Assembly (NCBI GenBank): GCA_000092065.1
Contig: CP000585.1
Length of the DNA: 64,000 bases
From: Ostreococcus lucimarinus
Lineage: Eukaryota
Strand: one strand, 5' to 3'
Shown: piece after piece, positions 10,731-21,048 of the stretch
Position numbering within the stretch: the stretch's first letter is position 1
Layout: each line of letters starts with the position of its first letter
Position numbers and translations under genes: made by a program
The notes under the pieces: model-generated
What the model was told of the DNA's origin: nothing
What the model saw: the letters and a program-made list of their open reading frames with translations, nothing else
The model's database searches: none

Positions 10731-11405
10731 CCAACGTTCGCGCGCGCGTCAGTCACCTTCGCCTCGATCGTCCAATCATCGCGCGTCGACGTCGTCGCGT
10801 CCTCCCGCGCGCGCGCGTCCCGTCTCGCCGCCGACGCGACCTTCTCCGGTCGACGCGATCGCTCCCATCGTCTTCCCCCACCGTCCATCGCGCGCGTTCG
10901 CGCCCGCGCGTCGACGTCCGATCGCATCGCATCGCTCTCTCGCGCACCCGCTCGGCGACGGTTCCTCCGATCGCGCGGCGTCGTCCATCGCGCTCGCGAA
11001 CGCGTCCGCGTCCGCGCTCAGGTACCGACTCTCCGTTCGCGTCCGCGTCCGCGCGCGCGCGACGGCGCGCGCGTCGTCGCGCGCGCCGTCGGCGTCGCGC
11101 ATCGATCTTCGCGCGGCGATCGGCGATCGGCGCGCGGCGCGTCGCGAAGTCGCGCGTCGCGTCGCGCGCGCGCGGACGCGACCGAACATCGCGACGCGCG
11201 AGAGACGACGCGCGAGCGACGCGCGAGCGCGCGAGAGAGAGAGCGAGAGAGGCGCGCGCGCGAACGCCGCGCGTTTGCGCGCGCGAACCGCGACGGCGCG
11301 CGAACGCGGCGCGACGCGCGCGAACGCGACGCGACGCGCGACGGTTGGGTGTGGACGTTGGACGTTTGAATTCATCGTCGAGCGCGTTCGGCGCGAGAGA
11401 CGCGC

Positions 11406-12968
11406 GTGATGCCGGACTACGCGTATAAAACGTGCGCGGAGATGTGGCACGATCGCGCGCGGGAGCTGGGCGCGGAGAAGCAGTACGTGAACGTGTACGG
11501 GATCGTCAAGGATGCGACGGCGGTGTCCAAGACGCGCGGGAGCGATTCGAAGATGACGTTGAAAATCTACGACGAGACGACGACGACGGATGCGGTGGTG
11601 TACGGAAGCGCGGATGACTTGGAAACGGTGCCGAGTGAATTGTCGTTGACGTTCTTCGATCAGAATCCGTACGAATTGCCGAGACCGGCGGATGGGGATG
11701 TGATTCGAATTCATCGCGTGCAGGCGCAAACGTTTCAAGGAAGGCCGCAATTCATCGCGAAGACTGGATCGATGATGAGTTATGGACACTCTAAGACGGC
11801 GTGGTGTTTGTTTAGCGGACGGGATGATAGCGAAACGCCGTACGCGCAGAGCTCGGTGAATCTGACGCCGGCGGATTTGAAGCGCGTGCAAGAGTTGCGC
11901 CGATACGCGAAGCGGGCGACGTCGATGCCGTTTTTGAACGAGTTCAACGGCGCCTCGGGGCAGAGCAAGCAGAGAAGGCTTTGTGAAATCAAGCAAGAAG
12001 AGTTTTTCGACTTGTATTGCTTGATCTTGGACGCGCATTTCGTGGAGGGCACGGATGGTTCGTACGTCATGCTCGTGTGGGACGGCACGGACGCGCCGCC
12101 TTTGCCGCCGTCGATGACGACGTCGCTTTCGCAACAGCGAGAAGAGATGCGCTTAGACGAAACAGATTTCGAGTTGGAAAGTGCATTAGACAAGAGACAG
12201 TTCTATGCACACGGGTTTGATTTCAGAGGCCAAGATGCGGTGCCAGAAAACGAGATCAACTCAACTGTACCGCTCATCGGATCGGCGCTCCCAGTCTTCA
12301 TGCACGGCGCAAAGCTCGACATGGATGAAGTTCCGCAACCCGGAGAGTGGGTGAAGATTCGCAACTTGAACACACAAGTGGTGCGTGGCCAACTGCAGGG
12401 ATTTGTGCGCCGTGAGACGGCGTTCATTCGAAACAAACAGCCGCTTCCCGCGATTATGGAGGCGTACCGTTTGCGCAAGCAACAAAATTTGGTCTCAAGC
12501 TGGGGCGCCCCCGGGCACTCCACCACGATCACCGTCACAAAGCATCCAAACATGCGATACAGTACGATTCGTGAGATGTTAATGACCAAGCCACCGATGC
12601 GTCACAAGTTGCGCGTCATAGTTAGAGGATTTAGCCCAGACATCGTGGAGATGTGCCAGCTCGCGAAAGGTTCCAAAAAGTACGAGTTTGGTTGCCGTTT
12701 TCGCGTCATTGACGGCACCGATTCCGTCGACGTCAACCTTTACGGCGATGAGGCGGCACAGTTCTTCCATAACGTAACGCCGACTGATCTGAGCAAACCA
12801 TCCACGGCGCGCGAGAGGTTGACGAATATGATGGCAAAGTTGACTGTACACGAATCCGTCGAAGAATCGGCGCCGTGGATCGATTTGTGCGTCATGCAAT
12901 ACATCGTCCGTAGCAAAAAGTCCTCCAAGCGCGTGTTTCAGGTGTTTAGCACGTCTATGATAGCGTGA
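11406..12968 (+). CDS. POT1-like telomere end-binding OB-fold protein, 520 aa
   Basis: The N-terminal OB-fold region has YVNVYGIVKD...KIYDET...GDVIRIHRVQAQTFQGRPQFIA, which resembles the POT1 OB1 signature (VNVYGVV...GDIVRFHRLKIQ). Confidence 0.5.
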   Translation: MMPDYAYKTCAEMWHDRARELGAEKQYVNVYGIVKDATAVSKTRGSDSKMTLKIYDETTTTDAVVYGSADDLETVPSELSLTFFDQNPYELPRPADGDVIRIHRVQAQTFQGRPQFIAKTGSMMSYGHSKTAWCLFSGRDDSETPYAQSSVNLTPADLKRVQELRRYAKRATSMPFLNEFNGASGQSKQRRLCEIKQEEFFDLYCLILDAHFVEGTDGSYVMLVWDGTDAPPLPPSMTTSLSQQREEMRLDETDFELESALDKRQFYAHGFDFRGQDAVPENEINSTVPLIGSALPVFMHGAKLDMDEVPQPGEWVKIRNLNTQVVRGQLQGFVRRETAFIRNKQPLPAIMEAYRLRKQQNLVSSWGAPGHSTTITVTKHPNMRYSTIREMLMTKPPMRHKLRVIVRGFSPDIVEMCQLAKGSKKYEFGCRFRVIDGTDSVDVNLYGDEAAQFFHNVTPTDLSKPSTARERLTNMMAKLTVHESVEESAPWIDLCVMQYIVRSKKSSKRVFQVFSTSMIA

Positions 12969-13040
12969 TTTCACTCCGGTGAAAAGGTATTTTGCAGTAA
13001 CATACACAAGTTTAGTAGCTAAATTCCGCTCTCGCTTATT

Positions 13041-13868
13041 TTATTTTGTTTCCTTCTTGTCCGCGACAAACTTGGAGACGTTTCCGAGCCAATTCGTGTA
13101 CTCTCTTTGCTCTTTATCGAGATGAGCCTCGACTATGTACGACGCGAGATCGGAGTTGATGCCTCTGACTTCCAAGTAGTCGTGGAACTTGTCCTGCACG
13201 GTTTCTTCCAAGTCTTCAAAGTTTGGCCCCGAGTACGCCGTGCCTAAAATTGGATTGTTCTCGTCGTACTGTTCGTAAGACACGTGCCTGATCTCGATGA
13301 TTTCTCCATCCGTCACGCAGTCGAAATCGAGGTGTGCGCTCCCATCCGTCTTACTGACGACCACGTTAAAGTCGATCGCGATACTCTCATCTTCTTCGAG
13401 TTCCAATTCCTCATCCAACCCGTCCTCCTCCTCGTCGAAATCATCCTCATCGAGCATATCATCGTCGTACGGCTCTTCTTGCGCCACAAACGTCACCGCG
13501 ATTTCCTCGTCGTCACCGTACGTCTTCGTCAACGTCACCTCGGCGTCACCATCCGTCTCGTGTAACTCGAACGGTTCCGGCGGTCCGCTCGCCGCCGCCG
13601 CGCTCGGCTCGTACGCCGCGCTCTCGTGCGCGCGCTCCTCCAGCAGCGCTTCGCTCAGCGTGCGCGCGCTCACCGGCGCAGACGCATCGCTCGCGAATCC
13701 ACGCGCGCAGAAACGCGCGTCGAGCGCGATCCGCGGCGCCGCGGCACTCGCGCGAGTCGTTAACCTCGGCAACGTTCGAGGCGACGCATTCGTCGACGAC
13801 GCGCGCGGCGTCGCGCGCGCGACGACGCGCGAGGCGCACGACGCGATAGATCGGAGACTCTTGCGCAT
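13041..13868 (-). CDS. Mitochondrial glycoprotein family (MAM33/p32/gC1qR) acidic protein, 275 aa
   Basis: Transit-peptide-like N-terminus, a highly acidic core and the C-terminal pattern FEDLEETVQDKFHDYLEVRGINSDLASYIVEAHLDKEQREYTNWLGNVSKFV typical of the MAM33 family. Confidence 0.7.
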   Translation of the reverse strand: MRKSLRSIASCASRVVARATPRASSTNASPRTLPRLTTRASAAAPRIALDARFCARGFASDASAPVSARTLSEALLEERAHESAAYEPSAAAASGPPEPFELHETDGDAEVTLTKTYGDDEEIAVTFVAQEEPYDDDMLDEDDFDEEEDGLDEELELEEDESIAIDFNVVVSKTDGSAHLDFDCVTDGEIIEIRHVSYEQYDENNPILGTAYSGPNFEDLEETVQDKFHDYLEVRGINSDLASYIVEAHLDKEQREYTNWLGNVSKFVADKKETK

Positions 13869-14143
13869 GTTTCCAGCGCGCGCGAGCGCGAGCGGTCCGG
13901 GACGACGAGACGCGCGGCGAGCGACGTCGAATGCAGCGCCAGACGGCGGCGGCGCCGCGCGTCATGATCGCGACGTCGACCGCGCGCGTCGCGACGGCGG
14001 CGACGACGGCGTGTCATCGCGCGCGCGCGGTCGCGGTCGGCGCGCGACGCGCGCGCGGTGAGCGACGCGCGCGAGCGTCGGGACAACCGTCGAGTTGGAG
14101 CGATGCGCGCGCGGGGGCGGGAGAGACGCGCCGTGCACGCGCG

Positions 14144-14830
14144 ATGGCGGTCGTCGCGCGCGCGAATGGTGGCTTAGACGCCATCGTCGTCGTAGCGGGC
14201 GGAATCGAAGACGATGGGACGCTGCCGGCGTGGGTGACGCCGCGATTGGATTACGCGGCGACGGCGTACGCGAACGCGACGGCGGACGCCAAGCCGCGGA
14301 TCCTGCTTTCAGGATCGATGACGCCGCATAAACCGCCGCCGATGGCGAAAGGTGGGTTTAATCTTCACGAGTCGACGTCTATGGCGTCGTATTTAATGGA
14401 TAAGGGCGTGCCCGCGGATTCGATGCTGAAGGATACGGCGTCTATGGATACCATCGGCAACGCGTACTATTCTTTGTGCTTGCACGCGATTCCGCGCGCG
14501 TGGACGCGCGTGGAGGTGGTGACGAGTGCGTTTCACATGGAACGCACGCGCGCGGCGTTCGAGTGGGTGTGGGGTCTCGCCCCGCACGGGGTTGTGGACA
14601 TGCGGTTCGTGAGCACGGAGGACGCCGGCGTTTCGGAATCCGCCTTGCGTGCTCGCGCGAAGCGCGAGGCCGCGTCGGCGGCGGCGTTACGGGACAACGC
14701 GTCTAGGATAACTACCATGGAGGCGTTTTCGGAGTGGTTATTCACCACGCACAAGTGTTACGCCGTCTCTCGCCAACACGAGATTGGTATATTCGACGAG
14801 TTAGATGAAGAATCGCGCAAGTCGTATTGA
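14144..14830 (+). CDS. DUF218 / YdcF (ElyC/SanA)-like domain protein
   Basis: ILLSGSMTP...HESTSMASYLMDKGVPADSMLKDTASMDTIGNAYYS matches the DUF218 core. The track ORF begins at 13931 with an Arg-rich leader. The Met at 14144 precedes the conserved domain. Confidence 0.5.
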   Translation: MAVVARANGGLDAIVVVAGGIEDDGTLPAWVTPRLDYAATAYANATADAKPRILLSGSMTPHKPPPMAKGGFNLHESTSMASYLMDKGVPADSMLKDTASMDTIGNAYYSLCLHAIPRAWTRVEVVTSAFHMERTRAAFEWVWGLAPHGVVDMRFVSTEDAGVSESALRARAKREAASAAALRDNASRITTMEAFSEWLFTTHKCYAVSRQHEIGIFDELDEESRKSY

Positions 14831-14859
14831 TGGTATCGGTACAATCTGTAAAACATGTC

Positions 14860-15942
14860 CTAAACGCCGCGCATGAGTTTATCCAACACGCTGTTCACTT
14901 CGATTTTCTTTCCTGTGGCCGCCATCTCGCCGACGACGCCCAACACCTGTTCGCGGCTAAAGCCCATGTTGCCGAAGTCGGCGATCATGTGCTCGAGCGG
15001 CACCGCTCCGGATGTTTGCACCGCGCTCGCAGGCGGCGGCGGCGGCGGCGAAGACTCGATCGGAGTGTACGCGGGGTACGCCGTCGGATAGGCTGGAGAT
15101 TCCGGTCGCGGCTGCTCGAATGGCGGCGGCGGCGCACCGTACCCGTGGGGAGAACCGTGCGGTGGCGGCGCGCCGTATCCGTGAGGAGGACCGTGCGGTG
15201 GCGGAGGACCGCGATGCGGTGGTCCGCGCTCGTGTGGTGGCGGGTGACGATGCGGCGGAGGTCCACGCTCGTGCGGCGGAGGTCCACGCTCGTGCGGCGG
15301 AGGCCCACGCTCGTGCGGCGGAGGCCCACGCTCGTGCGGCGGAGGTCCACGCTCGTGCGGCGGAGGACCGTGTCCGCCTCGAGGCGGCGGACCGTGGCGT
15401 CGCGGCGTCGGTCCCCGATCCCCCCTTCGCGGCGGCGGCGGCGGCGGGCACTCCTCGTAGTGCTCCTCGTAATCATCATCGTACGACCCCGAGCCGTCGT
15501 CTTCCTCCGTCGCCTCGAACCTTTCCGACGTCGTCGACAGCGTCTCGACGCGTTCGCTCAACGCCGCCACCTGTCCCGTCAACGTTTTCAACGCCGCGCT
15601 CATCTCCGCGAACCCCTCGCGCGCGATCGCCTCCAGCGCCCGCACGCGCGCCGTGACATCTTCGATCTCCTCGTCCGCGCGCGTTTTCACCCCCTCCGTC
15701 GTCGTCTCGGCGCGTCGCGCGTTCGTTTTCGTCGTCGAGATTCGCTCGGCGTCCTCGTCAGCCTTCACCGTCGCGCGTTCGCGCTCGCGCGGCGCGCGGC
15801 GCGCGATCGGCGCCAACAGCTCGAACGGATCGCGTTGCTCGCGGTCGTTTTCGGCGTCGTCGCGGGCGACCATCGCGCGCGTCGACGAGTGCGCGCGCGC
15901 GCGCGGATTCGGTCGCGCGAAACGCGTTGAGACAGACAACAA
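14860..15942 (-). CDS. Coiled-coil / proline-rich repeat protein with C-terminal UBA-like domain, 360 aa
   Basis: Central (G)PPPHERG heptapeptide array and C-terminal EHMIADFGNMGFSREQVLGVVGEMAATGKKIEVNSVLDKLM (UBA-like). Confidence 0.4.
   Translation of the reverse strand: MLSVSTRFARPNPRARAHSSTRAMVARDDAENDREQRDPFELLAPIARRAPRERERATVKADEDAERISTTKTNARRAETTTEGVKTRADEEIEDVTARVRALEAIAREGFAEMSAALKTLTGQVAALSERVETLSTTSERFEATEEDDGSGSYDDDYEEHYEECPPPPPPRRGDRGPTPRRHGPPPRGGHGPPPHERGPPPHERGPPPHERGPPPHERGPPPHERGPPPHRHPPPHERGPPHRGPPPPHGPPHGYGAPPPHGSPHGYGAPPPPFEQPRPESPAYPTAYPAYTPIESSPPPPPPASAVQTSGAVPLEHMIADFGNMGFSREQVLGVVGEMAATGKKIEVNSVLDKLMRGV
15120..15400 (-). repeat. 21-bp tandem minisatellite (about 6 perfect plus flanking degenerate copies) encoding PPPHERG repeats
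   Basis: gcggcggaggtccacgctcgt is repeated head-to-tail at roughly 15250-15380 on the + strand. Confidence 0.8.
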
Positions 15943-15981
15943 ATTACAAGGACAAGCGCGAGCGAAGGTACAAGAAGAGTT

Positions 15982-17571
15982 TCAACCGGACGCTAAACCG
16001 TCGGTGGTGCAGTCGATGAAGCGCTCGCCGCGCTTGGCCGCGGCCTGAGCGCGGGAGGTCTCGTCGTCGACGCGCTCGCGCTCGGCCGTGCGAGGCGATT
16101 CCAAGAGCTGAGCGACGAGAGCGGAGACGCAACTCAACGCGGCGGCGACGTACAGGGCGAAGGAATAATCGCCGTACGAATCATAGAATAAACCCGCGAC
16201 GTAAGGCGCGGCGAGACCGGAGAGCCCCCAAGCGGTAAAAATGCGCCCGTAAGTGCGCGCAAAATCGCCCGCGCCGGCGACGCGGCGAACCTCCACCGGT
16301 ATGGTGCTCGCGAACATGCCGTACACGACGCCCGCGGCGGCGAGGGCGAGTTTACCGGCGAGAATGCTCGTCTTATCCATGGCAGCCCACATTAGCGGTC
16401 CAACCGCGAGAAGTGGTGTGAGCACGAGCACGCGCTTCGGCGACACTCGATCGCAAAGCCATCCGCCAAAGATGCGACCGGCGGATGTCGTAAAGGAGAC
16501 GATGGACACGCCGCCGATGATGAGCGTTTGCGCGGAAAGACCGCGAGACGACAGCAAGGTGGCGCCGTGTGACATGACCATGAGTCCAGAAAACAATCCA
16601 GTCGCCATGCACACCCACAGCACGCGTATGAGCGGTGCGAGCTTGATGTCGCGTTCCATCTCGTCGAGCATGACGTTATCCTTGTCGCGCATCTTCGCCA
16701 GCGGCGCCGCCAACCCGCACGCGCGAAAGAGAAGGAATATAGGCACGGCAGAGAACGCGATGTAATTTCCGAGCGTATTAAGAGCGTATTGCGGCCCTCC
16801 CGAAAACACCATCGCCTTCACCATCGGCGCGAACAAAAACGCCCCGAACGCGCGCGCCGACGTCACCAGCCCCGTGGCGAGCCCCGCGCTCAGGGGCGCG
16901 TACGGCGACATCTGCACCGACAGTCCGTACCCGAGTCCACTCGCGAACCCAAACATCACCCCATACCCCAAAAACAGCGGCCATACCGCCCTGAGCGGCA
17001 CCGCCAGCGCCGCCGTCCACAGCCCGCACCCCGCGAACGCCGCCGCGAACGCCGCCACGCGAGACGCCGAGTACGTCGCGTACACCCACGGCCCCGCGAA
17101 CGACATCGCGCTCACCGTGGCCACCGTGCAGAGCGAAAACACGCTCGACAGCACCGCTCGCCCCACCCCCAGCCCTTGTTCGAGCGGCACCAAGTAAATC
17201 GACCAACAAAACAGCGTCCCGAGTCCCAAGTTCAACCCGAGCGCGCCCGCGTACCCCGCCCATCGCCTCGCCGCCGTCGCGTCCTCCGCCTCGTCCTCCG
17301 CCTCGTCCTCGCCCGCGTCGAACCCGTCCCACGACGCGTTATATATCGCCCCCGCCCGTCCCGCCGCGCGCCGTCGCCCGTCGCGCGTCCGTCCCGTCGC
17401 GCTTTTCCGCGCTTTTTCCTCCCACGCCGTCGTCGCCGTCGTCGCCCGCGTCGTCGTCGCGTCCGCGCGTCGACGCCGCGCGCGCGTCGTCGTCCGCGCG
17501 CGCCGCGCCCGCGTCGTCGTCGCGCGCGCCGTCGCCGTCGCCGTCACCGTCGCGCGCGCCGTCGCCGTCAT
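15982..17571 (-). CDS. Major facilitator superfamily transporter, 529 aa, about 12 TM
   Basis: Multiple hydrophobic helices, MFS-like loop motifs, and N/C tails rich in Asp/Arg. Confidence 0.6.
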   Translation of the reverse strand: MTATARATVTATATARATTTRARRARTTTRARRRRADATTTRATTATTAWEEKARKSATGRTRDGRRRAAGRAGAIYNASWDGFDAGEDEAEDEAEDATAARRWAGYAGALGLNLGLGTLFCWSIYLVPLEQGLGVGRAVLSSVFSLCTVATVSAMSFAGPWVYATYSASRVAAFAAAFAGCGLWTAALAVPLRAVWPLFLGYGVMFGFASGLGYGLSVQMSPYAPLSAGLATGLVTSARAFGAFLFAPMVKAMVFSGGPQYALNTLGNYIAFSAVPIFLLFRACGLAAPLAKMRDKDNVMLDEMERDIKLAPLIRVLWVCMATGLFSGLMVMSHGATLLSSRGLSAQTLIIGGVSIVSFTTSAGRIFGGWLCDRVSPKRVLVLTPLLAVGPLMWAAMDKTSILAGKLALAAAGVVYGMFASTIPVEVRRVAGAGDFARTYGRIFTAWGLSGLAAPYVAGLFYDSYGDYSFALYVAAALSCVSALVAQLLESPRTAERERVDDETSRAQAAAKRGERFIDCTTDGLASG

Positions 17572-17835
17572 CCGCCCCGCGCGCGCGTCTGCGCGTCGTC
17601 GCGTCGCCGCGTCGCGATCGGTCGACGTCGATCGACATTTCGATCGCGCGTCGACCCTCGCGCCGTCGATCGCGCGGACGCGTCGACCCTCGCGCGGTCG
17701 ATCGACCGACCGACCCGCGCGACGCGTCCCCGGAAACCCTCGGTCCTCTCGACGAGTCGTGACTCGAGAACGAGGGACTCCGATTTCGGTCGTTCGTTAT
17801 TCCGCGTCGCATTGCGCGACGCCGCGTCGCGCGCG

Positions 17836-20800
17836 ATGGCGCGCGATCGCGCGTCGCGAGCGCGCGCGCGCGCCTCGAGGGGCGACGGATGGACGTCGAC
17901 GGCGCGGCGCGCGCGCGGAGGGGGCGCGCGGGCGCGAGGCGGGCGCGCGTCGGCGTCGTCGACGGCGTCGGAGAGCTCGAGCGGGACGGCGACGGGGACG
18001 AGCGGGACGACGAGCGACGCGACGGAGACGAGCGAGAGCGAGAGCGAGCGCGAGGGCGAGGGCGAGCGCGAGAGTGGGACGCGCGAGCGGGGGTTCGTCG
18101 GACGCGTCGTGGGGGCGCTGACGCCGGCGAATTGGGGATTCATGCGGAGCGGCCGAGACGAGGGCGCGAGACGCGAGAGGGCGGCGAGCGAGAGCGAGAG
18201 CGAGAGCGATTCCGACGACGAGGACTCGTGTGGTGCGGTAGGTGAGGCGTCTGAGAGTGGTGAACGCGAGAGCGCGACGAGCGAAGGGTCGAGCGAGGAG
18301 GAGACGGACGCGAGGCGACGGACGAGCGGCGGCGAGGCGACGACGAAGAAGGCGGACGAGGAAGACGACGAACGGTCGTCCCCGAGGAAATCTCGACCGA
18401 GTTGGGCGCGGAAAAGCGCGCCGATAGAGCCGACGCCTTGGTTAAATCGCGATACCGCGTACGGTGGACCGTTTCGGGACAACATCAAATCATTTCTGAA
18501 TCGATACGCCGAGTGCGACGGAAGATACACCGAGGTCGGGATTATGGGATACTCCGTGGTACTCTCTAAAGGTCAGCCCCACGCGACGACGCTGCGCATT
18601 TACGAAGAAGTCGTGGAGGAATCCGAGCGCGCGCACTGCGATTGCTGTCGATGCATCGGTTGGGTGCATCATCCGGTGAACAAGAAGCAGTATCATTTCA
18701 TCGTGCACACCGATTTCAAAGCTCGGAACAAACCCGAACTCACGGGTAAGCGCATTTGTCAGCTTTGCTGCTGCGCCGTGAGCTCGAGCGAACGTAAGTG
18801 CTCGGTATGCGACGAAGTGGACAAAGAATGTTCCATTTTAGATCACCAGACACATCTTTTACACGGCATGATTCACGCAAACGGTTTCGGTCACCTGAAA
18901 CGCATCAATGGGCGCGAAGCGGGGAGCATGGCGCTGAGTGGAACGCAATTGATGGGTTTATGGGAAACAATTTGCTACCAGCTTCGCGCGAGAGAGGTGA
19001 GTGTGGAGGATGTGAGTCAGAAATACGGTGTAGAGCTTCGTTTGTTGAATCCGGTTTCGCGCGGCGCGACGTGGTACGGGACGTACGGCTACATCTTCGG
19101 CAAGGGAAGCTTCGGGAACACCCTGATGACGCACAAGCGAGCGAGCGAGCTTTTACGCAAGTTTCCAGTGCGACAACTTCGTAACGATTTTTCGTACGTC
19201 AAGGATCTTTTAGATAAGGAAGGAAACGAAGACGCCGTGGACGTCGTGGCATTGGTGGACAAGTATGTGAAAATCTTCAACAACGAGGATATCGGGATCA
19301 ACACTGTGGGTGATTTGGTCAACAACGTCATGATGTTGCAAAGAGATATTCGTCTGGCCGTTAAGGAAGGTCGTCGACCGCCCGAGCGATTGGCCCTGCA
19401 CGGCGTGGCTGCAGTATTAGCGGGCACAAAGATTGTCGACAAGAAGGGCGAGTACAAGCGCAATATCACAGATTCTCCGAAATTAGCCAGACGTCCGCCA
19501 CCGAATTCACAACAAGTGTCAAAGAAGGCAAAGACGAGTGCAGCTCCGCCGCCGCCGCGGACCGAGCGAGCTCGCGCGCTTCGGCGTCGCGACGAAGAAA
19601 GTCCCGCCGTTGCGCCAGAGGATATTAAAATCAACTTGCCGAGTGATCCGATGGTACACTGGGATTCGCGCGGTCGGGACTCGCACCATGCGCCGAGCAC
19701 GACGTCAAGATGGAGTCAGGCGAGACTTAACGTCGCGGCCAATGCGTGCGTACTCGCCCTGAACGATCAGCGAGACCGATGGATTTCTAGACAAGAAGTT
19801 CGCGCCGGTGCGAGAGAAAAGGGCATTGGCGACACGGGACTCTTGGATCACATCTTGAAGACGCTCAATGACCGTCAAGTGACGCTTCCGAGTGGAAAAC
19901 AATGTATCGTTCGTCGTCGTCAGGGTAAGAATCAGATGGAGTTCACGTTAGAGGTGACACGCTCGAAGCCGCTGCAACTCGTCGCCATCAAGGACGAAGC
20001 GCCGACGCCAGTGAAAGTTGAGCCGCGATCGGAAGTTACGCCAGCGAAAATGCTCGCGCAAAAGTTCAAGAACGGTCGCGTAGCTCGCACTGTGGATGAG
20101 CTCACCGCGGCAGAGGTGGATCGGGATTTGCTCACGTTGTACCACGATGTGCTGGAAAGCTACAAACCGGCGCGGTTGCAAAAGAATGCGGGTCAACGCG
20201 TCACCGTCAAAGGTGCTCCGCTCATCGAAGCAGCTCGTACGCTTCTCGATACGAAACAATTCGTCAAAATTTACACCCCAGTCGAAGATTTGCTCGATTC
20301 CACGCCAGCGAGTAAGCTGGTCAAGCCGGCACCGAATGCTCAAAAGGCTATTCGAATCATCGTCACGGCGGTCATCGACACTCGCAATCAAGGTCCCCTG
20401 CTCAGTGGATTGGGCGCAAACAACGGCAAGTCGCGTCAACGCATCGGAACGATCACGCGGCCACCCCCTGAGATGGTTTGGCTTCCAAGTGATCCTACGC
20501 TCGGTGATTTGAAGCGCGTTGCGTCCAAGGCGTTTCGAGATTTGTACGTCGTCTTGTCCGACTTCAAAGTGACTCGAGTGAAAGGGTACGAGGGCGTGAG
20601 CGACAAGACTCGCTTGGGTTGGCGTAAAATGCACGGTGCGTTCGTCGAAGTCCATGGCGAGGGCGCTGATTTAGAAAGTGAATTCCGTTACCAGGGCGGC
20701 TTGGAACAGTGGACGGTCAAGTGCATGTGCGGCACAGGAGACGACGACGGCGAACGAATGATCGCGTGCGACGAGTGCGGTATTTGGATGCACACTCGCT

Positions 20801-20931
20801 GCGTCGGCATCAAGGATAGCGCCAAGGCGCCTAGCAATTGGATTTGTCCTAAATGCGCGCCTACTCCAGCGGTGGCAGTCGACGTCGCCCCCAAGGCACC
20901 GAGACCTGCGCCTCGAAGACGACGCGAGTAA
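17836..20931 (+). CDS. PHD-finger nuclear protein (plant MS1/MMD1-like architecture), start uncertain
   Basis: The C-terminal Cys4-His-Cys3 PHD finger is CMCGTGDDDGERMIACDECGIWMHTRCVGIKDSAKAPSNWICPKCA. The conserved central region begins PWLNRDTAYGGPFRDNIKSFL. The track ORF starts at 16789 but its first about 350 codons are antisense to the MFS gene, so I took the first Met after that gene. Confidence 0.55.
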   Translation: MARDRASRARARASRGDGWTSTARRARGGGARARGGRASASSTASESSSGTATGTSGTTSDATETSESESEREGEGERESGTRERGFVGRVVGALTPANWGFMRSGRDEGARRERAASESESESDSDDEDSCGAVGEASESGERESATSEGSSEEETDARRRTSGGEATTKKADEEDDERSSPRKSRPSWARKSAPIEPTPWLNRDTAYGGPFRDNIKSFLNRYAECDGRYTEVGIMGYSVVLSKGQPHATTLRIYEEVVEESERAHCDCCRCIGWVHHPVNKKQYHFIVHTDFKARNKPELTGKRICQLCCCAVSSSERKCSVCDEVDKECSILDHQTHLLHGMIHANGFGHLKRINGREAGSMALSGTQLMGLWETICYQLRAREVSVEDVSQKYGVELRLLNPVSRGATWYGTYGYIFGKGSFGNTLMTHKRASELLRKFPVRQLRNDFSYVKDLLDKEGNEDAVDVVALVDKYVKIFNNEDIGINTVGDLVNNVMMLQRDIRLAVKEGRRPPERLALHGVAAVLAGTKIVDKKGEYKRNITDSPKLARRPPPNSQQVSKKAKTSAAPPPPRTERARALRRRDEESPAVAPEDIKINLPSDPMVHWDSRGRDSHHAPSTTSRWSQARLNVAANACVLALNDQRDRWISRQEVRAGAREKGIGDTGLLDHILKTLNDRQVTLPSGKQCIVRRRQGKNQMEFTLEVTRSKPLQLVAIKDEAPTPVKVEPRSEVTPAKMLAQKFKNGRVARTVDELTAAEVDRDLLTLYHDVLESYKPARLQKNAGQRVTVKGAPLIEAARTLLDTKQFVKIYTPVEDLLDSTPASKLVKPAPNAQKAIRIIVTAVIDTRNQGPLLSGLGANNGKSRQRIGTITRPPPEMVWLPSDPTLGDLKRVASKAFRDLYVVLSDFKVTRVKGYEGVSDKTRLGWRKMHGAFVEVHGEGADLESEFRYQGGLEQWTVKCMCGTGDDDGERMIACDECGIWMHTRCVGIKDSAKAPSNWICPKCAPTPAVAVDVAPKAPRPAPRRRRE

Positions 20932-21048
20932 GACATGCTTTTTAGAAGTTGTCTTTTAGCGACCCGACAGTAATAAAATGAATAATAAGAATTGAATGAA
21001 TGTTGAGAATACAAGGATAAAGCTGAGCGAAGCGAGCCGTATGTAAAC

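Noticed and set aside
10776-12134. 452-aa ORF on the minus strand, Arg/His-rich
   Set aside because: It is antisense to the well-supported POT1-like gene and to the GC-rich promoter. Its composition (poly-R) is that of CG-repeat translation and it has no domain-like segments.
16789-17835. 5' third of the 1380-aa plus ORF (PHD protein)
   Set aside because: It is antisense to the MFS transporter gene and almost pure Arg/Pro. A true start was chosen downstream.
20932-21048. AT-rich convergent spacer between the PHD gene and PSY, examined for a green-algal TGTAA poly(A) signal
   Set aside because: TGTAA occurs here (about 21041) and 37 nt downstream of FTSJ1 (about 44137-44141 on the minus strand). 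It is absent from most other 3' ends inspected, so it is not consistent enough to call a signal or use for taxon assignment.
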